Positions 40,698 to 54,232 are shown, numbered from the stretch's first letter. The stretch: DNA of 64,000 nucleotides from an uncultured delta proteobacterium (GCA_963743525.1 CAVUQH010000003.1:1088001-1152000), one strand, 5' to 3'. The notes: generated from the sequence alone by a model not told the origin. A program made the numbers and translations.

Positions 40698-42375
40698 ATG
40701 GGTCGAAGGCGACAGCTGATCTCGGCTTGGCGCGGCATCACGCCGCTCGTGCTCGTGCTGCTCACCGTCGCCGCCTGGGCCCTGGACACCGGCTCGGCCG
40801 GCGGACAGGTGCTGCGCAACGTCGACCTCGCCGGCCAGGACATCGGTGGGCTGGGCTCGGACCAGCTGCTCGAGCGCCTCGATGCCATGAACGCCTCGAT
40901 GGACGACCGGCCCGTCCGCATCGTCACACCCGAGGTCTCCTACGGCACCACGGCCGGCGAGACTCGGCCTGTCCGTCGACCCGGTCGCCACCGCCGCGGC
41001 TGCGCTCGAGGAGGGTCGGGCATCGGTGCTTCCGGTCCGCCCCTTCGCCTGGCTGTCCAGCTTCCTGCGCCCCCACGACGTCGACGTGCACTACCGGGTC
41101 GACACCGAGGTCGCCCGTGCGGCCCTGCGCCAGCTCGAGGGCGAGGCGCTCATGCCGCCCGAGGAGCCGACGATCGAGTCGATCGACGGGGAACCGTTCC
41201 GGGCCGTCCCCGGGCACCCGGGCTCGGGCATCGACCCGGACACCCTGTCGGTGGCGCTGGCCGTTGCGGCGCGCAACACGCCCTACGACCAGCCGGTGAC
41301 CGTCCGGATCCAGCAGTCGCCGCTCGAGCCCCGACTCCCCGACTCGGTCGCCGAGAGCCGCGGCGGCGTCGGCGAACGAGCTGACGAGCTCGACGCTGTC
41401 GGTCACCGCCGAGGGCAAGACCATCCAGCTCGTCCCCCAGGAGCTGCGATCGCTGGCCACCGTCAACCGGACCGCCGACGGCATCAGCATCTCGCTCGAG
41501 CCCGACACGGTGCTGGGCGTGCTCACCGACGAGTTCGCCGACCTCGAACGCCCGGCCGAGGACGCCTCCTTCGACATCGTCGGCGGCGCCGTCCAGCTCA
41601 CGCCCGCCGTCGTCGGCCGCACGTGCTGCTCGCTCGCCTCGGCCGAGCAGGTGCGTCGGGCCTTCGCCGCCGGCCAGACCGAGGTCGACCGTCGAGCTCA
41701 CCGACGTGGAACCGGACCTCACCACCGAGGAGGCCCAGGCACTCGGCATCGTGGAGGAGGTCGGCTCGCCCGAGGCGTTCGGTCCGACCACCCACCACCG
41801 GTGCTGCCAGACCCGGGTCACCAACATCCACCGCATCGCCGACATCGTCCGGGGCGCCGTCATCCGCCCGGGCGAGACCTTCTCGGTCAACGACCACGTC
41901 GGGCAGCGCACCGCGGAGAAGGGCTTCGTCGAGGCCGGCGTCATCGACAACGGCGAGTCACGTCGACGACGTCGGCGGCGGCGTCAGCCAGTTCGCCACG
42001 ACGCTGTTCAACGCCGCCTTCTTCGCCGGCCTCGACTTCGGCGAGTACCAGAGCCACAGCTCGAGTACATTCAGCCGGTACCCGTACGGCCGCGAGGCCA
42101 CCATGTCGCTACCCGCACCCCGACCTCCAGATCGAGAACGACACGCCCTACGGCGTGCTGATCTGGCCGACCTACACCGACACGTCGCTCACCGTGCACC
42201 CTGTACTCGCACCCAGTACGCCGACGGCGAGCACGGCGGCCCAGACGCCGAGCGCCGCCGGGCAACTGCACCACGTGACCACCGCCGCGCACCCGCACCT
42301 ACCCCGACGGCTCGCACCGACCGCGACACCGTGCACGCCACGCTACCGCGACCCGCGGACGGCGCCAGCTGCTGA
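40698..42375 (+). CDS. VanW family protein with N-terminal TM and PG-binding-like region, frameshifted
   Basis: RVTNIHRIA, PGETFSVN, GGGVSQFATTLFNAAFFAGL, YPYGREAT. Confidence 0.85.
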
Positions 42376-42458
42376 GCACCGCATCAGCGCAGCTGAGACA
42401 CCGCCGGCGTGGACAGTGAGGGTCGCGACCCTGCTCGCCAGACGCCCGGAGTGACCCG

Positions 42459-43884
42459 ATGACCGAGACTGCAGTTCGAGCCCCGGATGAGCGACACCGA
42501 CGCGCTCATGTGGACACATCGAGAAGGACCCGATGCTGCGCTCGACGATCACCGCCGTGGTCGGTGCTCGACCGCGGCCCCGACCGCGAGCGCCTCCTCG
42601 ACCTGATCGACCGGGGCACCCGGGTCGATCCCCCGCCTGCGCCAGCGGGTGCGTCGGCCAACCCGCTGTCGATCGCCCCGCCCCGCTGGGAGATCGACCC
42701 CAACTTCGACCTGCGCTACCACGTCCGCTTCGTCCGGGCTGCCGGCGGCACCGGCACCATGCGCGACGTGCTCGACATGGCCGAGCCCATCGCCATGCAG
42801 GGCTTCGACCGGGCCCGGCCGCTGTGGGAGTTCACCGTCGTCGAGGGCCTGGAGGACGGCCAGGCGGCCGTGATCCAGAAGGTCCACCACGCCATCACCG
42901 ACGGCGTCGGCGGCGTGCAGATGGCTCATGGTCATGCTCGACCTCGAGCGCGACGCCGCCGACGGCGACGGCGCCCATGCCGCCGGCGCCCGACGCCCAC
43001 GTGATGAGCCAGGCTCGAGCGCATGCGTCGACGCCATCGCCCACGAGCAGCGCCGCGCAACCTCGGCATCGCCCGACGGGCCGGGGGCACGCTCGGCGCG
43101 AGCCGCCGCCGACGGCGCTGTCGGCGACCCGGCGGGTCGTGTCGCGGCGTCGCCGAGACGGCGGCGTCGGTGGCCCGGCTGCTCGACGCCGGCCTCCGAG
43201 CCGCTCAGCCCGCTCATGACCGGCCGGTCGCTGTCGGTCCGCTTCGACGACCCTCGACTTCCCGCTGGCCGACGCCAAGGCGGCGGCCAAGGCCGCCGGC
43301 GGCACGCTCAACGACGCCTTCGTCGCCGCGCGTGGCCGGCGGCCTGCGCCGCTACCACGAGGCACACGGCGTACCGGTCGAGCGACTGCGCATGACCATG
43401 CCGATCAACGTGCGCACCGAGCGAGACCGCGAACCTGGCCGGCAACCAGTTCGTCCCCGCCCGGTTCGCCGTCCCCGTCGACGTCGACGACCCGGCCGCG
43501 GCGCATGCAGGTGATCCACGAGCTGGTCGACGGCCAGCGGGGCGAGCCCGCCCTGTCGCTGCTCGAGCCCATGTCGGGCGTGCTGAACCGCCTGCCCACC
43601 ACGCTGACCACGGCCGTGTTCGGCTCGCATGCTCAAGGGCGTCGACTTCATCACCCGCAACGTGCCCGGGCGCACCGATCCCGGTGTTCATCGCCGGCGC
43701 CCGGGTCGAGTCGATGTTCGCCTTCGGCCCGCTGGCCGGCGCGGCGCTGAACGTCACGCTGCTGTCGACTACCTCGACGAGATGCACATCGGCATCAACG
43801 TCGACCCGGCGGCCGTGCCCGACCCCGAGGTGCTCCGCGAGTGCCTGGCACGAGTCCTTCGCCGAGATCCTGAAGCTGACCTGA
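42459..43884 (+). CDS. Wax ester synthase/diacylglycerol acyltransferase (WS/DGAT), frameshifted
   Basis: [24 protein letters not shown] (HHxxxDG), NVPG. Confidence 0.88.
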
Positions 43885-43939
43885 CGCCACCGACGGCGAC
43901 TGCGGCCCGGCTCGTCGTCCGGCCGATAGCCTCGACATC

Positions 43940-45177
43940 GTGCTGACCTGCGACGTCGCCGTCGTCGGGGCCGGACCGGCCGGCGCGGCCGCCGCCATCT
44001 CCCTGGCCCGGGCCGGCCGCGACGTGGTCGTCGTCGACAAGGCCACGGTTCCCCGGGACAAGATCTGCGGCGACGGCCTCACCGCCGCGCCCTGCGCCTG
44101 CTCGAGGACCTGGGCCTCGACCCGGCGACGCTCCGTCGTTCGTGGCCGCGGATCGACGACGTGGTCGTCGCGGCGCCGAGCGGGCACGCCGTCGCGCTTC
44201 CCGCTGCCCCGGGCCCGGGCATCTACGCCGCCGTGGCCCGGCGGGGCGAGCTCGACGCTGCCCTGGTCGACCTGGCCCGGCGGGCCGGCGCCAAGGTGCT
44301 CGACGGCCACGCTGTGCGCAGCGTCGAGCGAGCGCGACGACGCGTCGGCGCTCGAGGTCGACGGGCGTCGGCACGGTCGCAGGCCCGCTACGTGGTCGGC
44401 GCCGACGGCATGTGGTCGCCCATCCGCAAGGCGCTGGGCGTGGCGGTGCCCGGCTACCGGGGCGAGTGGCACGCCTTCCGCCAGTACTTCCGCGACGTCT
44501 CCGAGACCGCCCGGCGCGAGCTGTGCGTGTGGTTCGAGCCCGACCTGCTCCCCGGCTACTTCTGGTCGTTCCCCGTCGGCGACGGCGCGGCCAACGTCGG
44601 CTTCGGCATCCAGCGGGGCGGCAAGGTGCCGGTCGGCGACATGAAGCGCCTGTGGGCCGACCTGCTCGACGCGACCGACGATCCGCGGCGGTGCTCGGCC
44701 CCGACGCCGTCGCCCGAGGACCGCCACACCGGGCCTGGCCCATCCCCGCCCGGGTCGACGACATGCGCCCGCACCGGCCGGCGCACGCTCTTCGTCGGCG
44801 ACGCCGCCGCCGCCACCGACCTGATGACCGGCGAGGGCATCGGCCAGGCGCTGCTGACCGGGATGCTGGCGGCCGAGGCCATCGAGCACGCCGGCCCGCA
44901 CGGCGCCCGGCGTCGCCACCGCCCACTACGACGCGGCCGTCGACGCCCACCTGGTCCGCCGACCACCGCATGGCCGACGCTGCTCGTGCGGGCGCTGCGC
45001 CACCGCAAGGGCGCCCGCGCCGCCGTCCGCGTCGCCGGCGCCACGCCGTGGACCCGACGCAACTTCGCCCGCTGGCTGTTCGAGGACTACCCCCGCGCCG
45101 TGCTCGCCACGCCGCGCCGCTGGCACCGCGGCATGTTCACCGGCCCCGGGGCCTACGCCGACCGACCGGTGTCCTGA
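43940..45177 (+). CDS. Geranylgeranyl reductase family FAD oxidoreductase (MenJ-like), frameshifted
   Basis: [33 protein letters not shown]...TGEGIGQA. Confidence 0.85.
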
Positions 45178-45253
45178 CCGACGGGCGCCTCGACCAGGCC
45201 TCGGTGCGGCCGGCGTCTCGACCGACCGGTCGAGACCGCGGTCACCATGCGGC

Positions 45254-46233
45254 ATGCGCACCCGACTGACCGAGATCCTCGACATCGAGCACCCCGTGAT
45301 GCTCGCCGGCATGGGCGGCGTGTCCTACACCGACCTGGTGGCGGCGGTGTCCGAGGCCGGCGGCTTCGGCTGCCTCGGCGCCTCGACCATGGTCCGACGC
45401 CGAGCTCGACGCCCAGATGGCCGACGGTGCCGAGCCCGCACCGACCAAGCCCTACGGCGTCGACCTGCTCACCGCCGCCCCGAGCGACCTCGACGCCAAG
45501 GTCGAGCGCATCATCGCCGCGCGGCGCCACCGTGTACGTCGCCGGCCTGGGCGTGCCCCGCGAGGTGGTCGACCTGTGCCACGCCACAACGTGCTGGTCG
45601 TGAACATGTGCGGCAAGGTCCGCCACGCCATCGCCGCCGTCGAGGCCGGCTGCGACATCGTCGTGGCCCAGGGCACCGAGGCCGGCGGGCACACCGGGCA
45701 CGCATCGCCACCATCGCCCTGGTCCCCCAGATCGTCGACGCCGTCGGCGACCGGGTGCCGGTGGTCGCCGCCGGCGGCATCTTCGACGGGCGGGGCCTGG
45801 CCGCCGCGCTCACCCTCGGCGCCGACGGCATCTGGGTGGGCACCCGCTTCATCGCCACGCCCGAGGCCCACGCCGTCCCCGGCTACAAGGAGCGCGCTGC
45901 TGGGCATGGCCGAGGACGGCACCGATCGTCACCCGGGCCTACACCGGCAAGACCTGCCGGGTGGTGCGCAACGGCTACACCCAGCAGTTCGAGGCCGCCG
46001 GCGGCGCAGCCCGAGCCGTTCCCCATGCAGGTCCTCAAGTCGATGGAGGACGGGGCCAACCACCTCGGCGCCGAGGGCCGACCCGACCGACGTCGACCCC
46101 GACAAGGAGTTCATGCCCGCCGGCCAGGGCGTCGGCGGCATCGACGAGCTGGTCCCGGCCGGCCAACCTGGTGGAGCGCTTCGTCGACGAGGCCGAGGAG
46201 TCGCTGGCGAAGGCGCAGCGCACCCTCGCCTGA
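45254..46233 (+). CDS. Nitronate monooxygenase / FabK-like FMN-dependent oxidoreductase, frameshifted
   Basis: LAGMGGVS, AQGTEAGGHTG, AAGGIFDGRG, VGTRFIA, PAGQGVG. Confidence 0.88.
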
Positions 46234-46726
46234 CTACCCACCCAGACGCTGGCGGGCGGCCTTGGAGCGCTCGATCAGATGCCGCGGGGATCGGGACACC
46301 GTTGACCGTGGCGCCGTCGCCGCCGCCACCACCGCCGCCGGCCTCGGCGTCGGCCTCGGTCTCGTCGACCTCGGGCTCGTCGAACACGCCCGATGCCAGG
46401 GCCTGGTCGCGCAGGCGGCAGAACGTGTCGTACTCCTTGGCCGGCGCCAGATGGGGCCGGTTGATCGAGCCCAGGTCGACACGGTTGTCCCACAGCACGT
46501 GGTAGCGGATCCACGGGCCCCAACCGTCGACCAGGGCCACCTTGCCCGTGGTCCCCTGGGGCACGCCGGGCAGATCGGTGAACGCGGCCACCTTCGACTT
46601 GCGCTTGAGCTCGAAGTCGTTGCCGATCTCGGCGGCGATCTCCGCGGCGCTGACGTCGGAGGCGGGACGCTCCACGGTCTCGGTCGGCTCCTCGACGGGC
46701 TGCTCGACGATCGTCATGGCGCTCAT
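46234..46726 (-). CDS. Hypothetical protein, possible SH3-like core; 3' indel
   Basis: DLPGVPQGTTGKV...WIRYHVLWDN; C-terminal HLIERSKAARQRLGG lies in an adjacent frame. Confidence 0.65.
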
Positions 46727-46766
46727 GCTGGCACGTGTCCGGCGCCGGCCGGTAACTCGCGAGCCG

Positions 46767-47954
46767 TCACGACCGTGCCGACCGGTGCGCCTCTGACCAG
46801 GACTTCCCCGACTCGACGTCGAGGTCGTGGGGCAGGCCCAGCACCCGCTCGGCGAGGATGTTGCGCTGCACGTCGCCCGGTGCCGCCGCCGATGGTGAGC
46901 GCCGGGGCGAACAGGTAGCCGCAGTGCCACCCGTGCAGGTCGGGGGCGCCGCAGCGGCCCGGCGTCGGTCGAGCATGCCGTCCGGGCCGGCCAGGTCCTT
47001 GGCCAGCTCCATGATCGCGCTGGCCGTGCTCGTCGGCCAGGATCTTGCGGATCGACGCCTCGGGACCGGGCTGCTCGCCCCGGATGCGGGCGGTCACCGT
47101 GCGCAGGCGGATGAGGCGCAGGAGTCTCGGACTCGATGTGGAGCTGGGCCAGCCGGTCGCGCAGCACCGGGTCGTCGACGCCGCCCGCGGCCCGGACCAC
47201 GTCGAGCAGGTCGTCGGCGGTCGGGCCCATGCCCCACAGCGGCCCCGCCGGACGACAGCGACACCCGCTCGTTGCCGAGCGTGACCTTGGCCAGCGACCA
47301 GCCGCCGTTCGACGTCGCCGACCAGGTTCTCGTCGGGGATGCCGCACGTCGGTCGAGGAAGACCTCGTTGAACGTGTGCCCGCCGGTCATCTCGATGATC
47401 GGCCGGACCTCGATGCCCGGCGGCGTCCATCGGGCAGATGAAGTAGGTGATGCCCTGGTGCTTGGCGCACGTCGGGGTCGGTGCGGGCGATGAGGATGCC
47501 GAACCGGCGAGTGGTGGGCCAGCGAGGTCCAGATCTTCTGGCCGTTGACGACCCACTCGTCGCCGTCGCGCACCGCCCGGGTGGCGAGGTTGGCCAGGTC
47601 GGAGCCGGCGCCGGGCTCGGAGAACAGCTGGCACCAGATCTCCTCGCCCGCCAGCAGCGGGAACAGGTAGCGGTCCTTCTGCTCCGGCGGTGCCGGCGTG
47701 CAGGATCGTCGGGCCGGCCCAGCCGATGCCGATCGGGTTCGACGGGCGGCGCACCCCGGCCGCGCCGCAGCTCGTCGTCGATGAGGATCTGGTGGATCGG
47801 GTCGGCGTCGAGGCCCCACGGGCGCGGGCCAGTGCGGGGCCACGTAGCCGGCCTCGGCCAGCTGCGCGGCCGGTGGGCGTCGGGGTGCTCGGCCAGCCAG
47901 TCGCGCACCGCCGACGCGGCGGGGATCGTCGTCGCCGGGGAAGTCGAAGTCCAC
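46767..47954 (-). CDS. Acyl-CoA dehydrogenase, frameshifted
   Basis: WCQLFSEPGAGSDLA, NGQKIWTS, FNEVFL, VQRNILAERVLGLP. Confidence 0.9.
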
Positions 47955-48168
47955 GCCGGCACCCTAGGTGGAGCGGGTCGGTGCGCTGGTCAGCGGCATC
48001 CGGAGACCGCCGCACAACCGATCTCGCAGGAGTTTTCTTCCCGCAACCGAGAAGTTTTCGGGGTAGCATCGGAAGCTGGGCTTGTACCGGTGTCCCCCGC
48101 CTCGGCAAGACCTTTCCTTCGCACGTTCCCGAACGCATCCACCCAAGACCCTGGAGGTCGTCGTTCCC

Positions 48169-49111
48169 GTGAGTCCCGCAGCACGCGCCACACGCTCAGG
48201 TGAATCCGACGAGGACATCGTCCGGCTGTACCTGAACGACATCGGGCGCCACGCTCTGCTCACCAAGGAGGACGAGGCCCGCCTCGGCGCTCTGGTGCAA
48301 GCCGGAGTCGAGGCCCGCGAGCGGCTGGCCGCCGACGAGGAGCTGTCCCCGTCCGAGAAGGCCAAGATGCGTCGCCAGGTCCGGGCGCGGCGACCGCGCC
48401 ACCGAGCAGTTCGTCAACGCGAACCTGCGCCTCGTGGTCTCCATCGCCAAGAAGTACCACCGCACCGAGCTGCCGCTGCTGGATCTCATCCAGGAGGGCA
48501 ACCTCGGCCTGATCCACGCGGTCGAGAAGTTCGACCACCGCAAGGGCTTCAAGTTCTCCACCTACGCCACGTGGTGGATCCGCCAGGCCATCACCCGCGG
48601 CGTGGCCAACACCGCCCGCACCATCCGCCTCCCGGTGCACGCCCACGACCTGCTCAAGCAGATCGACAAGGCCCGCGGCATGCTCGAGTCCAAGCTCGGC
48701 CGCCCGCCCACACTCGACGAGCTCTCCGTCGAGGTCGGCCACCCGCCGGCCAAGATCGAGGAGATCCTCGCGTCGGCCCGCATCGCCAAGTCGCTCGACG
48801 ACGGCCTGTCCGACGACGGCGACATGACGCTGGGCGACCTGGCCGCCGTGGCCGAGGACGACCCCGAGGGCGACGCCGTCACCGAGGCCACCCGCGGCGA
48901 CGTGCTCGCCGGCCTCAAGGGCCTCGACGAGCGCGAGCAGCGCATCCTGATCCTGCGCTACGGCCTCGACGGCCACGAGCCCCGCACCCTCGACGAGGTC
49001 GGTCGCCACTTCGACCTCACCCGTGAGCGCATCCGCCAGATCGAGGCCCGGGCCATGAGCAAGCTGCGTCACCCGGCCAACGCCGGCATCCTCGCCGACC
49101 TCGCCTCCTGA
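48169..49111 (+). CDS. Sigma-70 family factor, group 1/2-like without region 1.1 (SigB/HrdD-like); frameshift near 48390, start uncertain
   Basis: [54 protein letters not shown]. Confidence 0.9.
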
Positions 49112-49141
49112 ATCTGGCAGCTCCCGCGTACCAACGCTGAC

Positions 49142-49167
49142 CGAGGCCCCGCTGCGGCGGGGCCTCG
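49142..49167. terminator. GC-rich hairpin between convergent genes
   Basis: CGAGGCCCCGC-tgcg-GCGGGGCCTCG, 11-bp perfect stem, no U-tract. Confidence 0.6.
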
Positions 49168-49260
49168 TCGCGCCCGACCGCCGACGAACCACGATCCAGA
49201 CCCGAACCGGCGTGTGGATCTGCCACGTCGTGGTCGTGGTCCCACGCCAGAACGGCGAGG

Positions 49261-50187
49261 TCAGGAGGGGGGAAGGCCTCGCCCCACCGCGTCAACCCCG
49301 CAGAGCTGCTGCCATGCTGCGCTGACGCCCCCGCGACCGAAGACCCCGGCGTCGAGCAGCACCCGCAGCACGGGGCGGGTGGCCTCGTGTCGCAGCGCGA
49401 CGCGGGGGCCGCCCGCTGGACAGCCTCCCAGGTCTCCCGGCCGGGAAGGCCCACCACCTCGTACGCACCGGGCGGGACGAGGAAGCGGAACAGCTCGCCG
49501 ATGACCCAGGGGGCGACCCGACGCACGGCCTGCCGGTCGATCCAACCGGCGTCGGCCCACACCTCGGGGTAGACGGCCCGGGCGTACGAGAGGTGCCGCG
49601 CCTCCTCCGAGCGGTGGTACCGGTTGACCTCGGCGAGGAACGGGTCGGTGTCGGGGTGCTCGCAGGCCCGCTTCTGGAGGAGGTCGGGGATCTCCTCGCC
49701 GGCGAGCGACGAGCGTGTGCAGCAGGGCGGGGAGAGCGACGATCAGGTGCGGCCCTACCCGCTCCAGCGTGCGCTCGAACCAGCCGAGCTCGGTCGGCTC
49801 GGCCTGCGGGTCGAGTTGGCGCAGCACCCGCTGGAACATCCGCTGGTGGCGGGTCTCCTCCCCGATCTCGTGGAGCAGGAAGGTGATGCGAGGGTCGGTG
49901 GGCGCCGCGGAGCTCGCGATCTGCATCGAGAAGCCGGCGTTGAGCACGGCCTCGAACGCGATGCCGGACCGGAGCATGGCCGCCACCTCCTCACGGCTCA
50001 GCGTCGCCCGCTGCTCGGGCGTGAGGTCGAGGCCGAGCCCGTGCACCGACAGGAGCTCGTCGGGCACGATCTGGCCCGGCCCGATCGCTCCGGGCAGGTC
50101 GGTGTCAGGGTCGATGACCCGGTTGGCGGCGGCGGTGGACAGGCGCTCGATGCGCCCGGCGATCGTGTCTGTCCCCATCTCGACCAT
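49261..50187 (-). CDS. AurF-like diiron oxygenase (ferritin-like fold), frameshifted
   Basis: EIGEETRH, GEEIPD, EEARH iron-ligand motifs. Confidence 0.82.
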   Translation of the reverse strand: MVEMGTDTIAGRIERLSTAAANRVIDPDTDLPGAIGPGQIVPDELLSVHGLGLDLTPEQRATLSREEVAAMLRSGIAFEAVLNAGFSMQIASSAAPTDPRITFLLHEIGEETRHQRMFQRVLRQLDPQAEPTELGWFERTLERVGPHLIVALPALLHTLVARRRGDPRPPPEAGLRAPRHRPVPRRGQPVPPLGGGAAPLVRPGRLPRGVGRRRLDRPAGRASGRPLGHRRAVPLPRPARCVRGGGPSRPGDLGGCPAGGPRVALRHEATRPVLRVLLDAGVFGRGGVSAAWQQLCGVDAVGRGLPPS

Positions 50188-50235
50188 CGAACCCGACAGA
50201 ACGGATGTCCGCAATGTCCGGATCCGTGGTATCCG

Positions 50236-51527
50236 TCACGCGTGCCGCTCACCGGTCGCCACCGGCGCCGGTTCGACGTCGGCGGCCGAGTAGCGCACGA
50301 AGCCGGGCAACAGACGGGCCATGGCGAGCATCGCTACCACGCAGGCGACGCCGCCGGACACGATGGCGAACTCGACCGAGGTGACGGCGGCGACCACGCC
50401 CGACTCCAGCTCGCCCAGGCGGGGGCCGCCCGTCCACACCGCCATGCCGACCCCCTCCATGCGACCCACCAGCTCGGGCGGGCTGGCCAGCTGCAGCATC
50501 GCCTGGCGGGAGATGCCCGAGATCATGTCGGCGGCACCGCCGACGGCGAGCATGCCCAGCGTGAGGGCGATGCCGTCCACCAGGCCGAACGCGGTCATGG
50601 CCAAGCCCCACACCACGATGCTGACCGTCACGACCAGGCCGTGCCGGCGGATCTGCCGGGACCAGCCGCTGGCCAGCGCTGGCCAGCAGCGACCCGGCGA
50701 AGGGGGCGGCGTAGAGCAGGCCCAGCACCTCGGGTTGGTCGGGGAAGCGCGACGCGGCGACGGCCGGGAACAGGGCCATCGGGAGCGCCGAAGACCATGG
50801 CGTTGAGGTCGGAGGCGAAGGACCCGAGCAGCACGGGCTGGCGACGCAGGTGGCGCAGGCCGTCGAGGATCGAGCTCGAACGTCGGGTGGCCGCCGACGA
50901 TCTGGGGGTGCAGGGGGCGGATCCGGGAGATGAGCACGCCGGCGGCGACGAAGGTCGCGGCGTCGACGAGGTAGGTCCAGGTCGGTCCGCCGACCAGGCG
51001 ATGATCACGCCGGCGACGGCGGGTCCGGCCACATGGGCGATGCTGCCCGACATCGCCTTGAGCGCCATGGCCGAGGCCACGTGGTCGCGGCCGACCACCC
51101 GGATGACCGACGCTCGCTCGGCGGGGGCGCCCAGGGCGAACGCGCACACGTTGGATGCGCCGAGCACGAAGATGGCCACCACGCTCGGGTGGTCCAAGGC
51201 GACGCGTTGGCGGACCAGGCCGAGCGCGGTGAGCATGCCGAGTCCCTGGCACCCGACGATCCAGCGGCGGCGCTCGACCTTGTCGGCGATGGCGCCACCG
51301 ACCACGTTGAGCACCAGCAGCGGAACGAGGTGACGCGCGCCGAAGAGGCCGATGGCCAGCGTCGAGCCGGTCAGGTCGTAGAGCTGGAACGGCACGGCGA
51401 CCGTGGTGAAGGCGCTGCCGAACTGGCTGATGGCCGTGCCCGCGTACAGGAACCGGAAGTCGCGTGACTGCCGCAGCGGCGTGACGTCGACGGCCAGGGC
51501 CGCCAGCCGGTGACGGACGCCGCGCAC
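50236..51527 (-). CDS. MFS transporter (EntS/DHA3-like), frameshifted
   Basis: [35 protein letters not shown]. Confidence 0.88.
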
Positions 51528-51586
51528 CGGGGAACGCTAGCGACCACGAAGGAGGTCCGGCGGCCGGTTTCCCTACGATGCGCCGC

Positions 51587-53247
51587 ATGCCGGAACGGAT
51601 GGAACTTCGCCGACGTCTGGGAGACGGTCGCCGAGACCATCCCGGACGCGCCGGCCCTGATCCACGGCGACGCGGTCGCGCACCTGGGCCGACTTCGACG
51701 CGCGGGCCGACGGGGTGGCCGCCGCGCCTGCTGGACGCCGGGCGTGCGAGCGAGGGCACAAGCGTCGCCCAGTACCTCTACAACGGCCCGGAGTACCTCG
51801 AGGCGGTGTTCGCCGCGTTCAAGCCGGGCTGGCGCCGGTGAACACCAACTACCGCTACGTCGAGGACGAGCTGGTCTACCTGTGGGACAACGCCGACGCC
51901 GTCGGCGGTGGTGTTCCACGGCGCGTTCGCCGAGCGCATCGAGCACATCCGCGACCGGGTGCCCGAGCGTGCGGGTCTGGCTGTGGGTCGACGACGGCGC
52001 CGGCACCGTGCCCCGACTGGGCCGACGCCTACGAGGCCGCGGCCGGCCGGCGGCGCCGGCCGCACGGTCGGCGCCGTGGGGCCGCTCCGGCGACGACCTC
52101 TACCTGCTCTACACCGGCGGCACCACCGGCATGCCCAAGGGCGTGATGTGGCGCAACGACGACCTGCTCCTGGTGCTCAACGACGGCGCGCCGCCGGCAG
52201 CGCCGGCTGCCCGAGGAGCCCGACCTCGACCACGTCCGCCAGGTCGTGCTCCTCCGCCCGGCATCCGCACGCTGCCGGCCTGCCCGCTGATGCACGGCAC
52301 CGGCGCGTTCAACGCCTTCACCGCCCTGACCGTCGGCGGGTCGGTGGTCACCCTCGACCGGCCGCCACTTCGACGCCGGTCGAGCTGCTCGACGCCGTCG
52401 AGCGCAAGCGGCGTCAACAACACCGCCATCGTCGGCGACGCCTTCGCCCGGCCGATCCTGCGCGCGCTCGACGCCGAGACCCGGACCGCTGGGACATCTC
52501 GTCGCCTCAAGGTCGTCGTGTCCTCCGGCGTCATGTGGAGCCAGGCCACCAAGCAGGGCCTGCTCCGCCACAACCCCGGCGATGCTGCTGGTCGACACGC
52601 TCGGCTCCTCCGAGGCCATCGGCATGGCCAGCTCGGTGTCGACGGCCGGCGACGGCGGCACCAGCGCGGCCACCGCGACCTTCACCCTCGGCCCGTCCAC
52701 CAAGGTCATCGCCGACGACGGCACCGAGGTGCACCCGGGCGAGCGACGCATCGGCAAGATCGCCATCGCGCGGCCGGCACGCCGGTCGGCTACTACAAGG
52801 ACCCGGCAGAAGTCGGCCGAGACCTTCGTGCGCATCGACGACGCCACCTACTCCATGCCCGGCGACTACGCCCGGGTCGAGGCCGACGGCACGCTCGTCC
52901 TGCTCGGCCGGGGCTCGGTGTGCATCAACACCGGCGGCGAGAAGGTCTTCCCCGAGGAGGTCGAGGAGGCGCTCAAGGAGCACGCCGACGTCCACGACGC
53001 CGTCGTCGTCGGGCTCCCCGACGAGCGCTTCGGCCAGGCCATCACCGCCGTGGTCGAGCCGAGCCCGGCGCCGACCTCGACGAGGACGAGCTCATCGCCC
53101 ACGTCAAGGCCCACCACGCCGCCTACAAGGCCCCCAAGCGGATCGTGTTCGTCGACTCGCATCGGCCGGGCCGCCAACGGCAAGGTCGACTACAAGCGCT
53201 GGACCGCCCACGCCGCCGACGAGCTCGACGTCCCGCCTCCCCTCCGA
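51587..53247 (+). CDS. Acyl-CoA synthetase (FadD19-like AMP-binding protein), frameshifted; stop uncertain
   Basis: [53 protein letters not shown]. Confidence 0.88.
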
Positions 53248-53297
53248 ATCTGGTCGTCGGTCCCGCTCACCACAGGTGTCGAGCAGCGACGAGATTC
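53246..53297. repeat. Intergenic inverted repeat related to the 14602-14654 hairpin
   Basis: GAATCTGGTCG...CGACGAGATTC; shares the CGACGAGATT arm. Confidence 0.5.
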
Positions 53298-53334
53298 TCA
53301 GCGGGGGTCGGCAACGGGCGTAGCCTCGACCGCC

Positions 53335-54232
53335 ATGACGTCTCGGCTTCGACGGCAAGGTCGCGATCATCACCGGCGCCGGCGGTGGCCTCGGCCGCTC
53401 CCACGCCCTCGAGCTGGCCCGGCGCGGCGCGCTACGTCGTGGTCAACGACCTCGGCGGCTCGGTCGACGGCGTCGGCGGCGACGACTCCGCCGCCCAGAA
53501 GGTCGTCGACGAGATCAAGGCCGCCGGCGGCGAGGCCGTCGCCAACCACGACTCGGTGGCCACCCCCGAGGGCGGCAAGGCCATCGTCCAGACGGCGCTC
53601 GACACCTGGGACACGGGTCGACATCGTCATCAACAACGCCGGCATCCTGCGCGACACCAGCTTCGCCAAGATGACGCCCGAGCAGCTCGAGCCGGTGCTC
53701 GACGTGCACCTCAAGGGCGCCTTCTACGTGACCCAGCCCGCCTTCGTGCACATGAAGGAGCAGGGCTACGGCCGCATCGTCAACACCTCGCTCCGGCGCC
53801 GGCATCTTCGGCAACTTCGGCCAGACCAACTACGGCGCCGCCAAGATGGGCCTGGTCGGCCTCACCAACGTCCTCGCCGTCGAGGGCGCCAAGTACAACA
53901 TCAAGGCCAACGCCATCGCCCCGGTCGCCGAGACCCGCATGACCGAGGACCTCCTCGGCCCGCTCGCCGACAAGCTCGGCCCCGAGTACATCACCCCGGT
54001 CGTGGCGCTACCTGGCCCACGAGGACTGCGACGGTCACCGGCGAGATCTACACGCTGCGGCGGCGGCCGCGTCGCCCGCGTCTTCATCGGCGTCACCCAG
54101 GGCTTCACCGACACCGAGCTGTCGGTCGAGACGATCGCCGAGCACCTCGCCGAGATCCGCGACGAGGACGGCTACGAGGTCCCGGCCAACCTCACCGAGG
54201 AGATGGGCATGACGCTGAAGGCGCTCAGCTAG
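53335..54232 (+). CDS. SDR oxidoreductase (MFE-2-like), frameshifted
   Basis: [35 protein letters not shown]. Confidence 0.9.

Noticed and set aside
40698..42375. Vancomycin resistance locus
   Set aside because: VanW domain alone, no vanHAX/RS; a common cell-envelope protein
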